DNA of 64,000 bases. It comes from an uncultured bacterium. Its GTDB lineage: Bacteria; Patescibacteriota; Minisyncoccia; UBA6257; 2-01-FULL-56-20. The notes under the pieces are model-generated. The model did not search any database. It was not told the origin of the DNA and saw only the letters and a program-made list of their open reading frames with translations. Positions 29,238-38,839 of this stretch are shown one piece after another (positions within the stretch are counted from its first letter, which is position 1; every line of letters begins with the position of its first letter). The stretch lies in assembly GCA_963718575.1 (NCBI GenBank), contig OY970358.1:450172-514171 (forward strand), in the 5' to 3' direction. The position numbers and the translations under genes are program-made.

Positions 29238-30483
29238 ATCCTTTGACGAACGCGGGGTATCGTTTATTCCTTACTGCAACGATAACCGCTAGAATGAGCA
29301 ATACCATCCCAAAACATCCCATTGCAGGGAATACGCCGATCACTTTTGAAACAGAGCCGAGGGCCAGATAGCCGAATGCGCTCCCCATAAAGAAGATAGA
29401 CGCTCCACACCCCATAACCCTCCCAATCATCACCGGATTGCTCTGCTTAGTAATGATTGAGGTGGCAGACTGGACGGTAAGCACAACAAGATCAAGCCCA
29501 AATCCTGCTATCCCAAGGAGCACCATTCCCGCAACGAAATTTCTCAGAAAGAAAAATGTCACGAGTGTCCCGGCGAGCGAGGATATTCCGAGCAGGAGAA
29601 ATCTCCTGACCGGAAGTGCTTGCGTCGATCGTGAAACCACCGCAGCGGCAACCAGCGTACCGATCCCCGGAGCTGCCGATAGCCATCCAAATCCAACCGG
29701 ACCCAGATGGAGATACTCAGCGACCGCAGGAAGCATTCCCCGGTATGAAAATCCGAAAAATGTCGCGGCTCCCAGGAGTAAAATAAGTGGCCGTATTGCT
29801 CCATCGCTTACGCATAGACGGAATCCGTCGATGACGTCTTTGATGATGCCCGAAACACTTATAGCTCCACCTCTTGCCCTCGCCTTCGGCTTTATTACCT
29901 TTATTATGAAGATCAGCATCGGGATGAAACTTATGGCGTTCAGAAAAAACGCCATGCCAACGCCCCAATGCGCAACGACGATACCGCCAACACTGGGGCC
30001 GAGGATAAATCCAAGGCCAACCAGCGTGCCGTTTAAGGCCATTGCCGATGGCACCAGACTGGGATCGGAATCGACGATCTCCTTGATACAGACGAATCGC
30101 GCGGGAGTTTCAAGTCCATTGATAATCCCCCACGCGAGTGCCATACCGCAGATGCCTGCCGGTGATAAATGACCGCTGACAAACGCTCCATAGAACAGCG
30201 ACGCCTGCAAGATCCCAAGGATGCTCGTCGTTACCAGCATAAAGCGAGCTGACGTTTTATCGACGATCGCTCCCGCGAGGGGGGCGATCACGACAACAGG
30301 AATGACGGCCAAAAAATTCACCAGTCCCATTGAAAAAGCGGAACCGGTAAGTTGGAACATCAACCATCCCTGCACGACGACCTGCATCCACGTTCCAATG
30401 AACGAGATGCTTTGGCCGAGGAAGTAAAGGCGAAAGTCGCGGCTCCGAAAAGCCGGATATGTCTTTAGAAGCTGATTGAACAC
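29236..30483 (-). CDS. MFS transporter
   Basis: 415 aa with 12 predicted TM helices and the usual two-fold repeat organisation. Confidence 0.8.
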   Translation of the reverse strand: MFNQLLKTYPAFRSRDFRLYFLGQSISFIGTWMQVVVQGWLMFQLTGSAFSMGLVNFLAVIPVVVIAPLAGAIVDKTSARFMLVTTSILGILQASLFYGAFVSGHLSPAGICGMALAWGIINGLETPARFVCIKEIVDSDPSLVPSAMALNGTLVGLGFILGPSVGGIVVAHWGVGMAFFLNAISFIPMLIFIIKVIKPKARARGGAISVSGIIKDVIDGFRLCVSDGAIRPLILLLGAATFFGFSYRGMLPAVAEYLHLGPVGFGWLSAAPGIGTLVAAAVVSRSTQALPVRRFLLLGISSLAGTLVTFFFLRNFVAGMVLLGIAGFGLDLVVLTVQSATSIITKQSNPVMIGRVMGCGASIFFMGSAFGYLALGSVSKVIGVFPAMGCFGMVLLILAVIVAVRNKRYPAFVKG

Positions 30484-30585
30484 AAAGCACCTCTTTTACG
30501 CACAGAGAATAAATGACAAAGAACGTTCCCCTATTATATATAATATATAAGATTAAGTCAACTTTGCGTTCGGCCAGTGGCCGTT

Positions 30586-31722
30586 CTACCCCGTCCAATA
30601 ATAGAGCATAATGCTCAGATCCTGAAGGTCTACCTTGCTGCCGCCATCGAACTCGGCGGGCGGATAGTTCGTCCCCCAATAATAGAGGAGTATGGAGAAG
30701 TCGGCGAGATTGACCTTGCCGTCACCGTTAAGATCGGCGAGGTAGCTTTTGCTCGCGCTTCCGGCACCGACAAAGAACGAGACCGACTGACTGACCTCGC
30801 TCCGGGCGGAGGCGCCGTTCGCGGTGGTCACAAAATCCGCATCCACCGTATGAAGTTCGTTGTTTTGAAGCGGCGAGGTGTCGAATAATATCTTCCAATT
30901 CCCGCCGGTATCGGTACTCGTCGTGACGACGATATTATTACCCGAATGGATATGCGTCTCGACCGTCACCGAAGGCGCGGACTGGCCCGAAATAGTGAGA
31001 GTGTCCCCCTTCTGTAATTGCCGCTTATCGATAGTGATCGTCGGTGGCAGATATTCCCCCGATATGGTGGTCGCGGCATTCGCAGTGATCGTCACGGTCG
31101 TCGTGAGCGCGATCGATTTCAGCCCGTCGGAATCCTGTGCCCAAAATCCGAATGTCGCCACGCCCGGCGATACGTTCGTGGTGGAAAAATAAAAATCTCC
31201 GCTCGAGTCCGCCTTGACGAGACCGATCGTGGCGCCGTCGTCCAAAATGTTCACGCTCGATTCCGGATATGCCGTCCCCTCGATGATGACTTCCGTGGGA
31301 TTGGGAGGGGTATATGCTCCCGGCGAATAGCTCCCGCCACCGGAGGGCGACGTACCCGGACCCGGCAATGGCGCCGTTGATACTATCTGGCATGTGGCGG
31401 AACATCCGTCGCCCGGCGTGCCATTCAACGCACCGTCATCGCATTGTTCGCCATATGCTTCCTGCAATATCCCATCGCCGCAATACGGACCATATCCGCT
31501 GCAATCCGGAAGGCAGTTTTTTCCTGCCGACGATGTCGCATATTGTCCGTTGTCGGTGCCGTCATCGCAGACTTCTCCGGGGTCGACAATGCCATTCCCG
31601 CAGATGCTCACATACACCGTCGTTGTCGCGATGTATTGCGCATGCGCGATGCGTGAAAAGGGCAGCGCTAAAAATACTCCGAGAAATAATGCAAAGAGAA
31701 GCGATTTATATCCATGCCACAT
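30586..31722 (-). CDS. Secreted protein with N-terminal Cys-rich repeats (CxxGxxDxGExCDDGxxNG) and a C-terminal type-I dockerin pair
   Basis: Signal peptide. Repeated CGNGIVDPGEVCDDGTDNG / CGDGILQEAYGEQCDDGALNG units. C-terminus DLNGDGKVNLADFSILLYYWG...DGGSKVDLQDLSIMLYYWTG is a duplicated Ca-binding dockerin motif. Confidence 0.7.
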   Translation of the reverse strand: MWHGYKSLLFALFLGVFLALPFSRIAHAQYIATTTVYVSICGNGIVDPGEVCDDGTDNGQYATSSAGKNCLPDCSGYGPYCGDGILQEAYGEQCDDGALNGTPGDGCSATCQIVSTAPLPGPGTSPSGGGSYSPGAYTPPNPTEVIIEGTAYPESSVNILDDGATIGLVKADSSGDFYFSTTNVSPGVATFGFWAQDSDGLKSIALTTTVTITANAATTISGEYLPPTITIDKRQLQKGDTLTISGQSAPSVTVETHIHSGNNIVVTTSTDTGGNWKILFDTSPLQNNELHTVDADFVTTANGASARSEVSQSVSFFVGAGSASKSYLADLNGDGKVNLADFSILLYYWGTNYPPAEFDGGSKVDLQDLSIMLYYWTG

Positions 31723-31751
31723 GATCCTTCATCTGTTGTTTTTTTTGACGA

Positions 31752-32771
31752 TCACCGATAATCCGGAGGGGGCGGAGGGGGCATTGTTCTACCACGGCCT
31801 CTGTGGCGCCATTTCCCTGCCATTTTACGAGCGCCCCAGAAGATCAAGTAAAGCAGGGCTAAAATAAGGATGATAACGCCGAACGTCATGAATTTTTCGC
31901 TCCATCGAAGCCCCCAGAAACCATATCCAACATATCCAAGGAGCGTTCCCGGCGGCAGGATCGCGAGATCCAGCGTCCCTTGTCCGATGACGTTCGCACT
32001 ATCCGCTCCGTAGATCTGATAGAAGACCCGGTAGCTTCCCTGCGGCAGATATGTCGGCATTTCTGCCGTCACCGTCTTTGCTTCGAACGGCTGGACGGAA
32101 TCAAGTCCGTTGGTATTTTGCTCCGTTTCGAGGACGTTTCCCGTAAGATATTCCTGATATTGGAAGACCACCTTGCCCGGCGTGCCTGCAATGTTCCCGG
32201 TATTGTCCAGATCCATGGCAAAAAGGATCTTTCCGGGGAAGTGCATCCACCAAAGCGTATGGCCGACTTCGGTGTTCGTCATCGTGACGCGTTTGACCGA
32301 GAGATTCGCCATCTTGCCGCTCACCACCTGAAGGCTTACGTCGATCTGCGCACCGATCGTGATGCCGACCGTTCCCTTTGCCGGACCGCCGAGCGGCGAA
32401 ACGACCACCTGAATGTTCCCGGTATAACTTCCGAGCTTTGCGTCACTCGGAACGTTCACGCTTACCGTCATCGGCTCCTGCTGAGTTCCGGCAGGCATGA
32501 TGAACTGCGTCCCCCTGTCTATCAATATCCAGCTATCCGCTCCGGGAACATTGATCGTCACATTCGTCTGAAGGTCCTCGGTGGGATCGCTCCGCACAAG
32601 CGTGATCACCTGTTCGTAATGCGAATTTTGCGTAAGCTGCGCGTTCGTCACATATGGCGGCGTGATGCCGAATCCGTCCGCATGAGCTTGAAGAACCGGC
32701 GGCAATCCCGCCGCTGTCATTCCCGCCGCAGCGAGCAATACCGCAATAATGGAAAATATTTTTTTCATCAC
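31752..32771 (-). CDS. Membrane-anchored surface protein, CARDB/DUF916-DUF3324-like (same family as 47868, 51603, 52648)
   Basis: Signal peptide, beta-rich ectodomain (...NTGNIAGTPGKVVFQYQEYLTGNVL...GSYRVFYQIYGAD...), C-terminal TM helix and a short basic/Pro-rich tail. Confidence 0.45.
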   Translation of the reverse strand: MMKKIFSIIAVLLAAAGMTAAGLPPVLQAHADGFGITPPYVTNAQLTQNSHYEQVITLVRSDPTEDLQTNVTINVPGADSWILIDRGTQFIMPAGTQQEPMTVSVNVPSDAKLGSYTGNIQVVVSPLGGPAKGTVGITIGAQIDVSLQVVSGKMANLSVKRVTMTNTEVGHTLWWMHFPGKILFAMDLDNTGNIAGTPGKVVFQYQEYLTGNVLETEQNTNGLDSVQPFEAKTVTAEMPTYLPQGSYRVFYQIYGADSANVIGQGTLDLAILPPGTLLGYVGYGFWGLRWSEKFMTFGVIILILALLYLIFWGARKMAGKWRHRGRGRTMPPPPPPDYR

Positions 32772-32886
32772 GACATCTCCCCAAAAATAAATTCGCGAGC
32801 CTGTGCGCGAATCCCAACGCTTCTCATAATAATACCACAGGCGAAGACGCTTATGATAAGCACTGGGGAAATCCCGTGGATAAGGA

Positions 32887-34689
32887 TTACCAGGTCGAAG
32901 GCGCGCTTCTCACGGCGACGAACGTGTTCTGTCCGGTATAGGCGCCGGACAACTGAATCGTTGAGGGGATCGAGATACCCCAGAATGTAGTTCCGAGCGA
33001 TGAGGTCGCCGTCGAGGTGGATTTTGGTATCTGTATCGAGAATAGGGTTCCGGGATTGACCGCCAATGTGAATCCGGATCCGTACGCGACAACCGAACTC
33101 GCGAACACAAGCTGGTTGACGGGGATGGTTGATGTCGTGGAGACCGGACAACCCGGGTAATTGGAACACATGCTCGTTCCATAAAGCTGTTCATTCAGGC
33201 CTACGTTGCCGAGCTCGGAAAGGGTCGTCGTCGCAGAAGTGGTAGGGGTCGTCGATCCCGGAGCCAACGCCCCGAAGCTGATGCCCGGCGTATTCAACTG
33301 CGAAGCAAGGAAACTCATTACGGTATTGGTGCTCGCACTCTGAGTGGTCACTCCCGCAGAACCAAGATAGTTCGTCGCCTGAGCCGCAGCGGCCCATGCC
33401 TGATTATAATATTGCGTGCTCGTTGCCGTGCCATCGGTCGGATCTGCCATGTACCACAGCGGGAATGTGCATGTCCACTGCGAAGTGATGGAACTTGAGC
33501 CAGCGCACGATCCGCCATTCTGAGAACAGCTGTAAGCCCACGTGCTCGTTCCTACCGCTGCAGGATAGCAATTATTCGCATTGTAATTTCCCGAGGACGA
33601 ACAGTTCGAAAGGCCGATGCCCGTCCGGAACACATCGATGCTTGCGGTTGCCACCTCCTGTCCGCCAACGGAGTTCAAACAACTATTGTTATCGGTCGCC
33701 GTGAATGTAACCTGGAATCCCGATGTCTGTCCGCCGGGATTGGTGAGAGAGAGCGGGGTGCTTGATCCGCCGACGTTCAAAAGATTGATGCTCGAAGAAG
33801 CGATGGTCGGTGCAACCGCACTCACCGTCTCCGTCGCGTCAGTTGCTTCGGCGCCGCCCGCCGCTGCGAACTGGTGGTTATCAATGATATATCCGTAGGA
33901 AGCATATCCCTGATCCTGGGTCGGGATCGCGATAGTGGACGTGCAGCTCGGATTTGCAAGCGACGCAGCCGAGGAACAATAGGTGCCCGCAGGGCCGCAC
34001 GCGGTGCCGGTGAAGTCGGTTGCCTTACACACAAAAAGTTGTACGGTGTCGGTCGCACCGGTGAAGTTGTCGGTGTCGGACGCATTGGTCGACCACGTCA
34101 CCGTGGCGCCCGGGATCGCCGGAGAGTTATTGGTAAAACTACTGAAATTCGGCCGATGGTTGACAACAAACGTACCCGTATACGACGTTGTATTGCATTT
34201 GGCCCCGCCCGCATTGCCATCGCAGATCCAGGCGTAGTAGGTGTTTATCTGCGCGTCGGCTGCGGATGTCGTGTAAAATGCGGTAGAGGTTGCCGCGCTC
34301 GTCGTCGAGGTCGAGACGGTCCATTGTCCGCCGTTGCAGTTCGGGGCTGCCGAATTGTTCGCCGTCGGCGTGCTGCTCGTCTTGCAAAGCAAAAGGTAAT
34401 AATTGTCACTGTTCGGATCCGTGCCGATCGCGTACCACGTCACTGCATTTCCCGCATTGGTAGGGGAAGAGGTTGCGGAGACCGGATTCTCATACGCGAT
34501 CACCGTCCACAGCGGCGGGGTGTTCAGAACGTTCACCGTTGTCGTCGCCGTGCTTTGTGCGATGGCGAACCGGGCATGCTGTATAGAATCGGTCGCAAAA
34601 AAATAGGTCACCAAGATGACCACGGCCACCAAACACCCGGAGACCAGAACGGAGATACCGATTTTTTTTCTCGAATCAGAGGAGTTCAT
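32887..34689 (-). CDS. Large Thr/Ser/Ala-rich secreted protein (600 aa)
   Basis: N-terminal signal anchor, low-complexity Thr/Ser-rich sequence throughout, many Cys pairs. Confidence 0.5.
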   Translation of the reverse strand: MNSSDSRKKIGISVLVSGCLVAVVILVTYFFATDSIQHARFAIAQSTATTTVNVLNTPPLWTVIAYENPVSATSSPTNAGNAVTWYAIGTDPNSDNYYLLLCKTSSTPTANNSAAPNCNGGQWTVSTSTTSAATSTAFYTTSAADAQINTYYAWICDGNAGGAKCNTTSYTGTFVVNHRPNFSSFTNNSPAIPGATVTWSTNASDTDNFTGATDTVQLFVCKATDFTGTACGPAGTYCSSAASLANPSCTSTIAIPTQDQGYASYGYIIDNHQFAAAGGAEATDATETVSAVAPTIASSSINLLNVGGSSTPLSLTNPGGQTSGFQVTFTATDNNSCLNSVGGQEVATASIDVFRTGIGLSNCSSSGNYNANNCYPAAVGTSTWAYSCSQNGGSCAGSSSITSQWTCTFPLWYMADPTDGTATSTQYYNQAWAAAAQATNYLGSAGVTTQSASTNTVMSFLASQLNTPGISFGALAPGSTTPTTSATTTLSELGNVGLNEQLYGTSMCSNYPGCPVSTTSTIPVNQLVFASSVVAYGSGFTLAVNPGTLFSIQIPKSTSTATSSLGTTFWGISIPSTIQLSGAYTGQNTFVAVRSAPSTW

Positions 34690-34780
34690 CGGTCATTCAT
34701 CAATATCATGCTTACCATCAGTATACCGTCAAACCTTCCATAGAAAAAGGAAAGTTATCCACAGCCCTCGCATAAAAATA

Positions 34781-35989
34781 TTATTTATAACGGATGGCTT
34801 CGAGAGGGCTGATCGATGATGCGCGCTTTGCAGGGAAAATGCCGGTGATAAATCCCACAATCGCCGAAAAGAACGTGATGAATCCCAAAAATGCTCCCGG
34901 GAAGGCAAAGAGCGCTACGGCAGCTCCGCCGAAATGGGCCGCAACAAGGTTCAGTGCGTAATTAATGATGAGACCTCCGGCGATGCCCATTGCCATGCCG
35001 GTCATGCCGCCTAAAAATCCGACCACGACCGCCTCCGAAAGGAACAATATCTGGATATCCCGCGGCGAAGCGCCGAGCGTGCGCATGACACCGATTTCGT
35101 TTGTACGTTCGAGTAGGGTCACGGTCATGGTGTTGAACATGCCGATCGCCGAAACGACGAGTGCGATGCCTCCGAAGCCGGCAAGGAGCACTTGGACGCC
35201 GCTGAATATCTGGTTTGCCTGAGCGACCGTCTGGGAAAGGGCCGAGACGATGAACCCCTGCCCGACGATCGCGGCCTGGACCGCGCTCAAAAAATTGCTC
35301 GCCGAAACGCGGACCTGCACCTTGCTGTACGAGGTGATGCCAACCTGTGAAGAAAGCGTTGCAAGCGGGATCATCGCATAGATGGCCGCCGTATCGTTCG
35401 ACACGCCGACCACCGTGAAGGTCCCGTTCAGAGGAACCTCGTCGGTGGCGCCCGTCGCCGATCCGGCCGACGGAGCGACCACGCTGAAGGACACCGGCTT
35501 TCCCAATATCTGGCTCGGATCGGTCACGCCGAAAAGTTGCAATGCGGCGCTCGAGAGAACGATGTCGTTGCCGTCTCCCTGGGCGTCGGTGAACGACTGC
35601 CCCGCCGCCATCGCGATGCCCGCATATTTAAAATATGACGCTTTGACGCCCTGCAGGTCGGTGTTTGCGGAAAGTCCGTTGAACGTGACGACCGACGAGA
35701 GGTCCGCGAGCGGCGATACGTCGATCACGTTCGGCATCGCTTTGAACGACGCGAGCGTCGCGTCGGTCAGCACCACCGCGTTCGACGGAGGGTTGGTGAC
35801 GGTGAGACTGAGGAGTGTATCGCCGAACACGATCTTCTCGAGAAGAATATTCTGCAATCCGAATCCGAGCCCGACGAGCATGACGACCGCCGATGTCCCC
35901 ACGCCCATGCCAAGGATCGTAAGCCATGTCCTTGCAGGATTGGTCTTGAACATTCTTGTTGAAAGTTTAAGTGCGTCCCTTGCTCTCAT
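34781..35989 (-). CDS. ABC transporter permease, FtsX/MacB-like
   Basis: 402 aa: N-terminal TM helix, large extracytoplasmic domain, three C-terminal TM helices (FtsX fold). Paired with the ATPase immediately upstream. Confidence 0.75.
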   Translation of the reverse strand: MRARDALKLSTRMFKTNPARTWLTILGMGVGTSAVVMLVGLGFGLQNILLEKIVFGDTLLSLTVTNPPSNAVVLTDATLASFKAMPNVIDVSPLADLSSVVTFNGLSANTDLQGVKASYFKYAGIAMAAGQSFTDAQGDGNDIVLSSAALQLFGVTDPSQILGKPVSFSVVAPSAGSATGATDEVPLNGTFTVVGVSNDTAAIYAMIPLATLSSQVGITSYSKVQVRVSASNFLSAVQAAIVGQGFIVSALSQTVAQANQIFSGVQVLLAGFGGIALVVSAIGMFNTMTVTLLERTNEIGVMRTLGASPRDIQILFLSEAVVVGFLGGMTGMAMGIAGGLIINYALNLVAAHFGGAAVALFAFPGAFLGFITFFSAIVGFITGIFPAKRASSISPLEAIRYK

Positions 35990-36007
35990 GAGAATAATTT
36001 ATCCATG

Positions 36008-37363
36008 TTACAGATACATCCCCTGCCCCAATAATTTTTCCAGGTAGCGCGAGACCTCGCGCGCACCGTCCGAATCGATGCCGATCCCGTCATTATCAAA
36101 ACTCGCTTCCAGCCGGCGGCGCATGTCTTCCTGCTGGATGAATCCGCGGATCCGGAATTTCAGAAGTTCATCCATCCGCGCGGTCTGCTCCGGGCTGAGC
36201 GAGAAATGACATTCGCGCATAAGGTCGTCGCGCACCTCGGCGATCCGGTCCGCCTGCCGGGGCGAGGCGACCCGTGCCTTGAAGTTATCGCGGTAAACCC
36301 TGATCTCTCGAGCCTCCTTTAGGATAGTGTTTATCCGGCCGGAGAACAAATTCGCCTGCTCCGCGCTGATCTCGGGGCCTCCCGCCTCCAGTTTCTTCGT
36401 GAGCATACTCACGAAACTGCTGTCGTTGTATTTCCCGTTGATGTACATGCCAACGCACTTCTCGAGGCGTTCAATCTGATCGAACCCGATGTCCTGCGTC
36501 AAGAAATTGACGATGCTCTTGACCCGCAATTCCTCGGCTGACGCATACGGATAGATGCGCGCCAGCTTTTCGATCTCCGAAAGGATCGATGTGCCGGGAT
36601 CCGTCTGCTTGATCTGTTTTTTTTCGGGGTTGATCACTTCGCGCTCCACCTGGCCGTCGCGCAAATAATAGACGCGGTGCGCATACGGCAACAGCTTCGC
36701 GTCGTGCGTGACGAGAATGACGGTCTTCTTGTCCTTCATGTTGATCTCCTCCAGCGTGCCCATAACCTGATCGGACGATAACGAGTCGAGGTTGCCGACC
36801 GGTTCATCGGCGAATAATATTTCCGGATCGTTCACGAGTGAGCGCGCGACCGCCACGCGCTGTGATTGTCCTCCGGAAAGATTTGTGGAAAGTTTGTACG
36901 CCTGCTGGTCCACGCCGAATCTTTTCAAAAGCACCATCGCGCGGCGATCGCGCTCCGCTTTCGGAATTCCGGCAAAGATAAGCGGCAGTGCCACGTTATC
37001 AATGACGGTGAGCGACGGGATCAGGTTGAACGATTGATAGATGATACCCACGACCGAACGCTGGAACCGAACCATGTCTTTCACGTTGTACTTGTACGGA
37101 TTCTCGTTCTTCACGAGCACCTCCCCGGAGCTCGGCGGAAGAATGCCGAGCAATGAATAGAGCAGCGTCGATTTTCCGCAGCCGGACGGCCCGAAGAGAA
37201 TGATGTATTCGTTCGGATAGATCTCAAGGCTTTCGTCGCGCAACGCATAATATTCGTTCGCCTTCCCTTCGTTGTAGACGATCTTGATGTTCTTGACGCG
37301 GATGATGGGTTCGATCATGGTTGCTCTTATTATTTCTTCGCGCCGCCGACGCCGTTCAGCCAA
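36008..37363 (-). CDS. ABC transporter ATP-binding protein (MacB/LolD-like) with a ~200-aa C-terminal extension
   Basis: Walker A GPSGCGKST, signature LSGGQSQRVAVAR, Walker B ILFADEPVGNLD. Long C-terminal domain of unknown function. Possible start MIEPIIRVKN at 37318. Confidence 0.85.
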   Translation of the reverse strand: MAERRRRREEIIRATMIEPIIRVKNIKIVYNEGKANEYYALRDESLEIYPNEYIILFGPSGCGKSTLLYSLLGILPPSSGEVLVKNENPYKYNVKDMVRFQRSVVGIIYQSFNLIPSLTVIDNVALPLIFAGIPKAERDRRAMVLLKRFGVDQQAYKLSTNLSGGQSQRVAVARSLVNDPEILFADEPVGNLDSLSSDQVMGTLEEINMKDKKTVILVTHDAKLLPYAHRVYYLRDGQVEREVINPEKKQIKQTDPGTSILSEIEKLARIYPYASAEELRVKSIVNFLTQDIGFDQIERLEKCVGMYINGKYNDSSFVSMLTKKLEAGGPEISAEQANLFSGRINTILKEAREIRVYRDNFKARVASPRQADRIAEVRDDLMRECHFSLSPEQTARMDELLKFRIRGFIQQEDMRRRLEASFDNDGIGIDSDGAREVSRYLEKLLGQGMYL

Positions 37364-38814
37364 CCGAAAGTACCCTGGAAATTTTCGATAATGATATCAA
37401 TGATGCTCTTCTGTTGTTGTGGCGTAAGCAGGACGAAATCCTGCGAGCTCGTCGTGTTGCCGTCAGCATCCGTGCAGGTCACCCAATATTTATACACCGT
37501 CGCCGGCTGGAAGTTCGTCACCACGCTTACGTGCTTTGTCAGGAATGCCGTTTCCATCGTGGACGATTCCACGCCGGATCCGGCCGCCGACACGCCGCTC
37601 ACATATGACATGTTGCACTCGGACGGCTCATCGGTCTGCCACGATACGACGGTCTGCACCGTGGTGTCCTGCCCCGGATACAACGTCGAGTCGTCATTCA
37701 CCTGCGAGATCGTCGGCGGAATATTGTTTTTTGTCGTCACAAAATAGAGCGGCGTGCTCGTCACGATGTCCCCCGCCTGATTCGTCGCCTGGATCGTGAG
37801 GGAGTATCTGGTTTCAAAGACAAGGTTGGTAAGCTGCACGATGTGAGTGACGAGGAACGCCGGGTCGCCGGCCGAGAGCGATTGCCTTGAGTCGAGGTCC
37901 TCATACGTCACCGTCCCCGCCGATGGCAATGGCGTTCCCCAGCTCACCGTCGCATCATGTTCGTCCACCTTCACGAGATGCGGGTTCAGGATAGTGGGCA
38001 GTACCGCTTTTGTCGTGAACGTGAGATCCTGGCTCGTCCCCGCATCACCAAGCGATCCCTGCGACGATACTTTGTAATGATATTCAGTTTCCGGAGTGAG
38101 TCCGTATACGACGACCGAGTGGGTTTGCGTACTATTATTAGTATCCTGCTCCTGGCGCGGATAGGGATTCGCGGATCCCGGATTATATTCCGCATCGGAA
38201 GCGATATAGACCACTCCGTTCGAATCCTGGTCGGTGTTCCACGTGAACGACGCCTGGTCGGTGCCGATATCGATCTGCGGATTCCCTAAAATCTTCGGCG
38301 GCCCGACCACCTGGCTTGCCTGGCTATTGAGCGCCTGCTGAACGGCGCTGAGCGCCTGGGCGCTCGTGATATTCTGTATCGCCGCTACCGCATCCGACGC
38401 CAATGCCTGTTGCTGCGGACTGGCGATCGAGCTCAGATTGGCGGCACCGGGAGTGCTCGTCGTCGTAAAATTATAATTCCCCGAGAGCGCCTGATTTCCA
38501 TCCTGATCGGTCGCGCTGATACGGAAGAAATAAGACGTGTCGGGAGTAAGATTCGGAATGACCACCGAATGCTGGGTGCTGAGACTCCCTGTATTTCTGA
38601 CCCCGCAATAATTCGTATCCTGACTGAAATTTACAAAACTGTCCGTGCCTTCATTGGTCGTCCACGTGACCGTGGTCGATGTGGCTCCGACGCTGGCGAC
38701 GGAAACATCCGAAATGACGGGGGAGGTGTTCGCCGAAGCATGCCGGACGACGCCTATCGCGACGACGACCCCCGACACCAGGATGATCCCCCCTATAAAA
38801 TCACGCAGACGCAT
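37330..38814 (-). CDS. Secreted protein with fibronectin type III-like repeats
   Basis: Signal peptide; repeats such as ISDVSVASVGATSTTVTWTTNEGTDSFVNF...LTPDTSYFFRISATDQDGN resemble FN3 (purple-acid-phosphatase N-terminal type) domains. Confidence 0.55.
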   Translation of the reverse strand: MRLRDFIGGIILVSGVVVAIGVVRHASANTSPVISDVSVASVGATSTTVTWTTNEGTDSFVNFSQDTNYCGVRNTGSLSTQHSVVIPNLTPDTSYFFRISATDQDGNQALSGNYNFTTTSTPGAANLSSIASPQQQALASDAVAAIQNITSAQALSAVQQALNSQASQVVGPPKILGNPQIDIGTDQASFTWNTDQDSNGVVYIASDAEYNPGSANPYPRQEQDTNNSTQTHSVVVYGLTPETEYHYKVSSQGSLGDAGTSQDLTFTTKAVLPTILNPHLVKVDEHDATVSWGTPLPSAGTVTYEDLDSRQSLSAGDPAFLVTHIVQLTNLVFETRYSLTIQATNQAGDIVTSTPLYFVTTKNNIPPTISQVNDDSTLYPGQDTTVQTVVSWQTDEPSECNMSYVSGVSAAGSGVESSTMETAFLTKHVSVVTNFQPATVYKYWVTCTDADGNTTSSQDFVLLTPQQQKSIIDIIIENFQGTFGWLNGVGGAKK

Positions 38815-38839
38815 TGTTCTTTCATTTTAGCACGCTCCC

